From Vibrio vulnificus CMCP6 (GTDB lineage Bacteria; Pseudomonadota; Gammaproteobacteria; Enterobacterales; Vibrionaceae), in contig NC_004459.3 in NCBI RefSeq assembly GCF_000039765.1, forward strand, positions 1,860,001 through 1,892,000: 32,000 bases of DNA, given 5' to 3'. Shown piece by piece: positions 21,839-28,028 of this stretch. Both the position numbers and the translations under genes were made by a program. The notes beneath the pieces are model-generated. The model saw only the letters and a list, made by a program, of their open reading frames with translations. It made no database searches and was not told where the DNA came from. The stretch's first letter is position 1. Each line of letters starts with the position of its first letter.

Positions 21839-23089
21839 ATGTTGAGGACATTGTCAGTCGTATTATTGTTATTGGTTAGTTGTGTAAGCCATGCTGCGAC
21901 AGAGTCGACCATGTCCTTGCTGGATAACCGCTTTCGAGTGGATCCAACCATCGATCAAATCACTTTCTTGATTTATCGCGAAAATCCTTCTCAGCCCGTG
22001 GTGCTAGTGCGACCAGATGGTCGAAAATACTACGCCTTCAAAAGCTACCCCAACGTCCGCTGGTATCAAGAGTCAGCCATGGACATTATCTCTATCGACA
22101 ACCCAATGCCGGGCCCTTGGCAAGCCGTGGGAAAAGTGAGCCCCAAAAACAACATTCGGCTGATTTCTCACCTGACGCTTTCAACGGATCTCTTCCCCAG
22201 TCGTTTGTATCATGGCGAAGTGATGAAATTCACCGCAAGGCTCGCATCGGATGATAAGCCGTTAGTCCTGAGAGATTTCCTTGATCGCGTCAATCTAAAA
22301 GTGACTTTCACGAAGTTTGTTGAAAACGAGCAAGATTTAGTAAAAGAAGCGCGTCCAGTTCCCATTGTTATTGGTGATTTTAGCGATGATGGCACGGGCT
22401 TAGATGAACGAGCTGGCGATGGTGTGTTTACTGTGCAGTTGCCTATCGAAGTGGACCCGGGCAAGTATCGGGCGCGTATCACCTCAGGAAATGGCGTGTT
22501 CCTACGAGCCAAAGAACAGGAAGTGCTGGTCTATCCTAGCCCTGTTTCTACCACCTTCATTCAGTCACGTGATGAAGGCAAGCCACACAGTATTGTGGTT
22601 TCAGGCGAGCAAGGCATGGTGCAGCCTGGGTCTTTGGCGGTTCACATTGAGCAAAGTGCTCCGGATGATTTCGTCAATTATGTGCAAGGGCAGGCGGACA
22701 AAGAGAGCTTAAAAGTGTCGATGCTGCTCGATAGTAGTCAGATGATCGGCATTTATGGTTGGAAGGGTGAAGTGTTCGCCACTGACGCCGCAACACAGCG
22801 CCCATTGATGTTCCCCATCTCACAACAAACGTTCAGTGTTGTGAAAGAGGTGGATATTGAAGCCGCGCGCAAAGCCAAAGAAGCCGCGCTTGCAGAACAA
22901 CGCCGCATTGAAGAAGAACAACGACTTTTGGCGCAAAGAGAGGCCGATCGTAAACAAGCCATCATGATGATTGGTATTGGTAACGTGGTAGTCATCTTAC
23001 TCGGGCTGGTGGTGTGGTTCGTCTGGGGCAAGTTGCGAGCAAAACGCCAAGCCATTCCAGAGATGCAATTAGAAGTGCCGAAGAAATAA
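21839..23089 (+). CDS. Conserved exported, C-terminally membrane-anchored protein of unknown function (416 aa; possibly the TIGR03503 family, from memory only)
   Basis: AGGAGA SD 4 nt before ATG 21839. Signal peptide MLRTLSVVLLLLVSCVSHA. Beta-rich body, then a charged coiled coil (EAARKAKEAALAEQRRIEEEQRLLAQREADRKQ) and a TM anchor (AIMMIGIGNVVVILLGLVVWFVW). Confidence 0.6.
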   Translation: MLRTLSVVLLLLVSCVSHAATESTMSLLDNRFRVDPTIDQITFLIYRENPSQPVVLVRPDGRKYYAFKSYPNVRWYQESAMDIISIDNPMPGPWQAVGKVSPKNNIRLISHLTLSTDLFPSRLYHGEVMKFTARLASDDKPLVLRDFLDRVNLKVTFTKFVENEQDLVKEARPVPIVIGDFSDDGTGLDERAGDGVFTVQLPIEVDPGKYRARITSGNGVFLRAKEQEVLVYPSPVSTTFIQSRDEGKPHSIVVSGEQGMVQPGSLAVHIEQSAPDDFVNYVQGQADKESLKVSMLLDSSQMIGIYGWKGEVFATDAATQRPLMFPISQQTFSVVKEVDIEAARKAKEAALAEQRRIEEEQRLLAQREADRKQAIMMIGIGNVVVILLGLVVWFVWGKLRAKRQAIPEMQLEVPKK

Positions 23090-23160
23090 GTGGATAACTT
23101 CGGAATACCCGCCAACTCAGAGAGTTTTTGAGTTGGTGACGAAAAATGGACAAATAACCC

Positions 23161-23775
23161 ATGTCGAAGAACAAAGTTTTGGTGATTTATGCTCACCCGT
23201 CGCAACATCGCTCAGAGGTCAATGCGCCACTCTTTGCCGCAGCGCAAGCCGTTGACGGTGTCACGTGTGTCGATCTGTATGCCGAGTACCCTCAGTTCGA
23301 CATCAACATCGACAAAGAACAAGCTCGACTGCTGGAACATGATGTCATCGTGTTTCAGTTTCCTCTTTACTGGTATTCCACCCCTGCATTACTGAAAGAG
23401 TGGCAAGACTTGGTGCTGGAATACGGCTTTGCTTACGGGACAGATGGAACCGCTTTGAAAGACAAGCTGATGCTCTGTGTGGTTTCTGCAGGAGGCAAAG
23501 AAGAAGCATACAAAGCGGAGGGGTATAACCACTTTACCATTCGTCAATTGTTGGCACCGATTGAACAAATGGCCGCGCTAACCAGTATGCACTACCTACC
23601 ACCGTTTGCGATATTTGGTGCACGTACGGCGTTAGAGGAAAATCGTATTGATCAGCATGTCGAGCGCTACGCGACTTTGCTGCGTGCTTTAGTGGAAGAT
23701 CGAGTCAATATCCACGCCGCCAATCATTTGAACAAAATCACTCATGCCCTACCTCAAATCATCAAGGAAGCCTGA
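23161..23775 (+). CDS. Flavodoxin-like NAD(P)H quinone oxidoreductase, KefF/KefG-type ancillary subunit of the K+ efflux system (204 aa)
   Basis: KVLVIYAHP..., LYAEYPQFDINIDKEQ, VFQFPLYWYSTPALLKEW and LPPFAIFG align with both E. coli KefF and KefG. The stop overlaps the next start (TGATG at 23773-23777). Confidence 0.8.
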   Translation: MSKNKVLVIYAHPSQHRSEVNAPLFAAAQAVDGVTCVDLYAEYPQFDINIDKEQARLLEHDVIVFQFPLYWYSTPALLKEWQDLVLEYGFAYGTDGTALKDKLMLCVVSAGGKEEAYKAEGYNHFTIRQLLAPIEQMAALTSMHYLPPFAIFGARTALEENRIDQHVERYATLLRALVEDRVNIHAANHLNKITHALPQIIKEA

Positions 23776-25724
23776 TGACTCAAATATTTTTACAAGCCTT
23801 CATCTACCTGATTGCCGCAGTGATTGCCGTGCCATTAGCAAAACGCTTTGGCCTAGGTTCTGTGCTTGGGTACCTTATCGCTGGCGTGGTGATTGGCCCC
23901 ATCGTTGGTTTGGTCGGGGAAGAAACCACCACCATTCAGCATTTCGCCGAATTTGGTGTGGTGATGATGTTGTTTTTGGTCGGTTTAGAGCTTGAGCCTA
24001 AAATGCTTTGGGCAATGCGTAACCGCTTGTTGGGACTAGGCGGCTTACAAGTTGCGGGTACTGCTGGGATTATTGTGGCGATTGCTGTCTATTTCGGCCA
24101 AGTGTGGACCACGGCCTTAGCGATTGGATTGATTTTCGCCTTATCATCAACGGCGATCGTGTTGCAGACCTTTAACGAGAAGCGATTAAGCAAGACGGAA
24201 GGGGGTAAAAACGCGTTTTCTGTGTTGTTGTTCCAAGACATCGCGGTCATTCCGATGCTGGCTTTCATCCCACTGCTCGCCCTGCCTGAATTGGTCGAGC
24301 AAGCTCAGCAATCCATCCAATCGGCCTCGGAGCATCATGAACAGTTGAGCCTGGTTGCCGGCTTACCTGGCTGGGCCTATGGTATCGTCATTACACTTTC
24401 CATTGGCGTGGTGATCGTCGGTGGGCATTACCTCAGTCGCCCGATCTTTCGTTACGTGGCCGATTCCGGCTTAAGAGAAATTTTTACCGCAGCTGCATTG
24501 ATGCTGGTGATTGGTATTGCGGCGTTGATGAGTTTAGTTGGACTTTCTCCTGCGTTGGGCACATTTTTGGCGGGCGTCATGCTGGCAAACAGTGAGTTTC
24601 GTCATGAGCTCGAATCGAATATTGAGCCTTTCAAAGGGCTGCTTTTGGGCTTGTTTTTCATTACGGTCGGAGCGGGCATCGATTTTACCATTCTCTTCAA
24701 TAAGTTTGGCACCATCATCGGTTTGACGTTGGCGGTGATGCTCCTGAAAGCCTTGGTGTTACTGGCGCTGTCGTTTATTTTCCGCATAAAAGGCAGTGAT
24801 CGTTGGCTGTTTGCATTGAGCTTGGCGCAGGCGGGTGAATTTGGTTTTGTGCTGCTGAGTTTCTCAGTACAAAATCACGTGATATCGACGCCTCTCTCCC
24901 AGCAACTCTCACTGGTGGTGGCGATCTCCATGTTTCTCACTCCGGGTCTATTTATCCTCTTTGATCGAGTTATTTTGCCGAAGTTCGCCACTAAGTTTAA
25001 TGAAAGAGCCGATGATGACATTGATGAAAAAGGCACAGTGATCATCGCTGGTATTGGGCGCTTTGGACAGATAGTCAATCGCTTATTGTTGTCTAACGGA
25101 ATTAAAACCGTTGCACTTGATTACCAAGCAAATCAGGTAGATGTGATGCGACAGATTGGCACTCAAGCTTACTTTGGTGATGTGACTCGCCCCGATATTC
25201 TGCACACCGCGGGAATTGAAGAAGCGGCCGCGATTGTGGTCGCGATTGATAATCGCGATGCCAGTGTAGAGTTAGTCAAGCAGGTTAAGCACGCTTACCC
25301 TAGTGTGAAAGTCATCGCCAGAGCATTTGACCGTGGACACGGTTATCGTCTGCGCCAAGCCGGGGCGGATGTGATTGAGTCAGAGACTTATCATTCGGCA
25401 CTAGAAGTGGGCGGGCAAACCATGAAATTATTGGGGGTTCATCCGTTTTTTGTTGAGCAACAAAAGATGAGATACAAGCGCGTTGAAAATCGTAAGTCAG
25501 ATTCTTTGTACAGCGCTTGGTTAGACGATTCAGAAGGTGAGCGTTTTGATAACAACTACAGAAAGTTGTTTATGCAGCTTGAAGAAAAAATGATGTTGGA
25601 AATGCAAAAGGATCGCCATACCAATCTTTCTCGCTCCGAGCGGGGTTGGACACCGCCCCCCAAAGATTACGCGGACGATCTGCAAGAGCTCAACAATGAG
25701 GTAAATGATCTCAACTTCAAATAG
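23775..25724 (+). CDS. Glutathione-regulated K+ efflux / CPA2 monovalent cation:proton antiporter, KefB/KefC-type (649 aa)
   Basis: About 12 TM segments, then an RCK/TrkA-N Rossmann motif (VIIAGIGRFGQIV). It is coupled to the KefF/G-like gene upstream. Confidence 0.85.
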   Translation: MTQIFLQAFIYLIAAVIAVPLAKRFGLGSVLGYLIAGVVIGPIVGLVGEETTTIQHFAEFGVVMMLFLVGLELEPKMLWAMRNRLLGLGGLQVAGTAGIIVAIAVYFGQVWTTALAIGLIFALSSTAIVLQTFNEKRLSKTEGGKNAFSVLLFQDIAVIPMLAFIPLLALPELVEQAQQSIQSASEHHEQLSLVAGLPGWAYGIVITLSIGVVIVGGHYLSRPIFRYVADSGLREIFTAAALMLVIGIAALMSLVGLSPALGTFLAGVMLANSEFRHELESNIEPFKGLLLGLFFITVGAGIDFTILFNKFGTIIGLTLAVMLLKALVLLALSFIFRIKGSDRWLFALSLAQAGEFGFVLLSFSVQNHVISTPLSQQLSLVVAISMFLTPGLFILFDRVILPKFATKFNERADDDIDEKGTVIIAGIGRFGQIVNRLLLSNGIKTVALDYQANQVDVMRQIGTQAYFGDVTRPDILHTAGIEEAAAIVVAIDNRDASVELVKQVKHAYPSVKVIARAFDRGHGYRLRQAGADVIESETYHSALEVGGQTMKLLGVHPFFVEQQKMRYKRVENRKSDSLYSAWLDDSEGERFDNNYRKLFMQLEEKMMLEMQKDRHTNLSRSERGWTPPPKDYADDLQELNNEVNDLNFK

Positions 25725-25758
25725 TGTTATTTGATTTTTGTAAGACCAAGGTTGACTG

Positions 25759-25813
25759 AAGCCATTGCTATTCAGTGTGTCTTTTCGACGGGCATATTAT
25801 TGAGCAATGGCTT
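25759..25813. repeat. Inverted repeat between convergent kefB/C and immunity gene 2 (possible kefB/C terminator; left edge of the island)
   Basis: AAGCCATTGCT (25759-25769) pairs with AGCAATGGCTT (25803-25813), an 11-bp perfect stem with a 33-nt loop. It runs into a T-tract (25812-25816) on the plus strand. The immunity gene 2 stop codon (25815-25817) abuts it. Confidence 0.45.
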
Positions 25814-25814
25814 T

Positions 25815-26495
25815 TTAACATATCAGATTCCCATCGGCGTCGTATTCAGCGCGAGTGCCCATATCTTCTTGATATTCTTCAATTCGGGTAAAACGACAAT
25901 CAAGAGGTTGGTATTTTTCCATGATTTCTTTAACGGATTTATGTACGACGAGGCAATCCGTAAACTGCAAGTCATCCCAAATCAAGCGTTTTTCCAAGGG
26001 CACGGCAGCGAGTTTTTCTGGTGATAAGACGATTTTTTCGAAGGTGTAGAGCGGAGGCAGGTAGTCGGCAAAGACATCTTTTTCGTACTCGCTCTGGTCA
26101 AAATCAACGAAATCGTAATAGGCATAATCTCGGTCTACAGGATTTCGGAAAAAATTCAGGTAGTGGTAATCATCGTGGTAAGTGTCATCGTCATTGATGA
26201 TAACGGCTCTCAGCCATTGCGCTCCGGTGATATCGATATGGCGCAGTGCCAGATACAGCTCGCGTTTCACCATCATGTTTCTGCCGGACATATGTAAGTT
26301 ACACAACTGGTGGTGAATCCCCTGACTTACATCTTCATCCCTAAAGCCGTTTTCAAAGTAGAACCAGCGGTTGGTGTTTTCTTGAAACTGATTAAACGTA
26401 AGATCAGCTCCTGCATTTTTCTCATGACCAGTCAAAACCATAGCGTGCTCGCCCACGCGCTGGTAAACCACATAATAATCAGAAAACTTATTCAT
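25815..26495 (-). CDS. Putative nuclease-immunity protein, copy 2 (226 aa; acidic; possibly DUF1629/Imm11-like)
   Basis: Last gene of the PAAR/nuclease operon, with an ATGA overlap to copy 1. No signal peptide or TM segment. About 92% identical to copy 1. The family guess rests on size, context and a ...DDLQFTD.LVVHKSVKEIMEKY... block, not on a search. Confidence 0.6.
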   Translation of the reverse strand: MNKFSDYYVVYQRVGEHAMVLTGHEKNAGADLTFNQFQENTNRWFYFENGFRDEDVSQGIHHQLCNLHMSGRNMMVKRELYLALRHIDITGAQWLRAVIINDDDTYHDDYHYLNFFRNPVDRDYAYYDFVDFDQSEYEKDVFADYLPPLYTFEKIVLSPEKLAAVPLEKRLIWDDLQFTDCLVVHKSVKEIMEKYQPLDCRFTRIEEYQEDMGTRAEYDADGNLIC

Positions 26496-27179
26496 ATTAG
26501 ATTCCCATCGGCGTCGTATTCTGCGCGAGTACCCATGTTCTCTTTATGTTCCTCTATCCGAGTAAAACGACAGTCGAGAGGTTGGTATTTTTCCATGATT
26601 TCTTTAACGGATTTATGTACAACAAGTCGGTCAGTAAACTGCAAGTCATCCCAAATTAAGCGTTTTTCCAAGGGCACGGCAGCGAGTTTTTCTGGTGATA
26701 AGACGATTTTTTCGAAGGTGTAGAGCGGGGGCAGGTAATCAGCAAAGACATCTTTCTCGTACTCGCTCTGCTCAAAATCAACGAAATCGTAATAGGCGTA
26801 ATCTCGGTCTACAGGATTTCGAAAAAAATTCAGGTAGTGGTAATCATCGTGGTAAGTGTCATCGTCATTGATGATAACGGCTCTCAGCCATTGCGCTCCG
26901 GCGATTTCGATATGGCGCAGTGCCAGATACAGCTCGCGTTTCACCATCATGTTTCTGCCGGACATATGTAAGTTACACAACTGGTGGTGTATCCCCTGAC
27001 TTACATCTTCATCCCTAAAGCCATTTTCAAAGTAAAACCAGCGGTTGGTGTCTTCCTGGAAGTCATTACCCGTCAGGTCTCGTGGAACATCATTTTCATG
27101 CCCGACTAACACCATGGCGTGCTCGCCTACACGCTGGTAAACTACATAATAATCAGAAAACTTACTCATATCAGATTCC
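25819..27179. repeat. Tandem direct duplication, period exactly 674 bp (2 full units plus a 13-nt third junction copy)
   Basis: Unit A is 25819-26492, unit B is 26493-27166, and a partial third copy is 27167-27179. The junction motif CATATCAGATTCC occurs at 25819 and 27167, and as CATATTAGATTCC at 26493. The units are about 90% identical by hand alignment. Confidence 0.9.
26492..27169 (-). CDS. Putative nuclease-immunity protein, copy 1 (225 aa; acidic)
   Basis: Starts 1 nt after the nuclease stop, with an AAGGA SD 7 nt upstream. By hand count it has about 43 D/E versus about 25 K/R. That is typical of nuclease inhibitors paired with a basic toxin. Cytoplasmic (no signal or TM). Confidence 0.6.
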   Translation of the reverse strand: MSKFSDYYVVYQRVGEHAMVLVGHENDVPRDLTGNDFQEDTNRWFYFENGFRDEDVSQGIHHQLCNLHMSGRNMMVKRELYLALRHIEIAGAQWLRAVIINDDDTYHDDYHYLNFFRNPVDRDYAYYDFVDFEQSEYEKDVFADYLPPLYTFEKIVLSPEKLAAVPLEKRLIWDDLQFTDRLVVHKSVKEIMEKYQPLDCRFTRIEEHKENMGTRAEYDADGNLI

Positions 27180-28028
27180 TTGCTTTAATGTCCATTTATC
27201 ACCTTTGGGCCAGGTGATCACTCGGTTGTTCCAAATCGCATGTTCTTTGCTTAATTCAGGGCGTTTAAAGTTGTACTTTCGGTCGGTTTGGCCAAAATGG
27301 TTGCAGCCAACGGGGCAGCGTTCACTGGTTTCTCGAGCTTTTGTAATGTTGGTTTGGCCTCGGCATCCCACGTATGAAGAAAAATTGTTGGGGATATTGG
27401 TAAGAGCCACTTCACAAGATATGATTTGATCCAATAAACGTTTGCTTATTTTGTTTGTGATATCGTCGATATTAGGTGTTTTATCGCTTGCTTTTGTGTT
27501 AGGGGGACATCGTTTTAAATGTTCTTTGACCTTTTCAAGTTCATTTTTTACGGTGGTGTGATAGGCCTTACTTTCTACGGGCTTGTCTGGGTGTTCGCCT
27601 CGGTGTGCTTGCAAGCCTAAATGGCACGCCCCTGGCAAGGTTGCGGGCAAGCCGACTAAGTTGTCGAGGGTGTCGATGATATATCCAGCGTTGACTAACT
27701 TTTGAGCATTGCGTTTATCCAAATGCGCCCCTTTAGATGAGATTAAGTGATGGGTCTCCATATGAATGCCCAGAAAATAGGGGTGAGGCTCGCCATCCAC
27801 ATACCAGCGATTCGCGATCTGCGAGCGTTTATGCGCGGGGCGCAGCATGGCTTCTGCTTCGCTGGCCAGTTTCCAGTTGTACTTAGACCTGACATTGGCA
27901 ATCCACCGTTGTCGGTAGTCCATTTTTTCTAAGTTGCCCAATGTTTGTGGTGATTCTGAGTCATCCGAGCTTGGGTTGCCTAACGATGGCGAGGGTGAGT
28001 TTGTTCCGCTCGGTTTAATATTACGCAT
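27171..28028 (-). CDS. Putative HNH/EndoVII-fold (AHH-clade, THH variant) nuclease toxin, free-standing (285 aa)
   Basis: Motif string: HMETHHLIS (aa 89-97), GYIIDTLDNLVGLP (115-128), CHLGLQAHRGEHP (135-147) and AYHTTV (155-160). This fits the s-HH / N..LP / H....H.G.H..Y pattern of AHH-type His-Me finger toxins. Net basic. GGGAG SD 8 nt upstream of the ATG. Followed by acidic immunity-like genes. Confidence 0.7.
   Translation of the reverse strand: MRNIKPSGTNSPSPSLGNPSSDDSESPQTLGNLEKMDYRQRWIANVRSKYNWKLASEAEAMLRPAHKRSQIANRWYVDGEPHPYFLGIHMETHHLISSKGAHLDKRNAQKLVNAGYIIDTLDNLVGLPATLPGACHLGLQAHRGEHPDKPVESKAYHTTVKNELEKVKEHLKRCPPNTKASDKTPNIDDITNKISKRLLDQIISCEVALTNIPNNFSSYVGCRGQTNITKARETSERCPVGCNHFGQTDRKYNFKRPELSKEHAIWNNRVITWPKGDKWTLKQGI

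Noticed and set aside
23112-23136. Hairpin CCAACTCA...TGAGTTGG after the exported-protein gene as a terminator
   Set aside because: It is an 8-bp stem but is followed by GTGACGAAAAA, with no U-tract. It may be a stabiliser or protein site, but it is not a supportable intrinsic terminator.
22753-23208. 151-aa minus-strand ORF antisense to the 3' end of the exported-protein gene and the kefF/G start
   Set aside because: Shadow ORF of the coiled-coil-coding region (Ala/Ser/Arg-rich mirror translation). No independent support.
25731-27429. Plus-strand ORFs 25731-26024 (97 aa), 26310-26723 (137 aa) and 27082-27429 (115 aa) in the island
   Set aside because: They are antisense to the coupled minus-strand operon. 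The first two are partly duplicated simply because the underlying repeat is duplicated. No SD or motifs.
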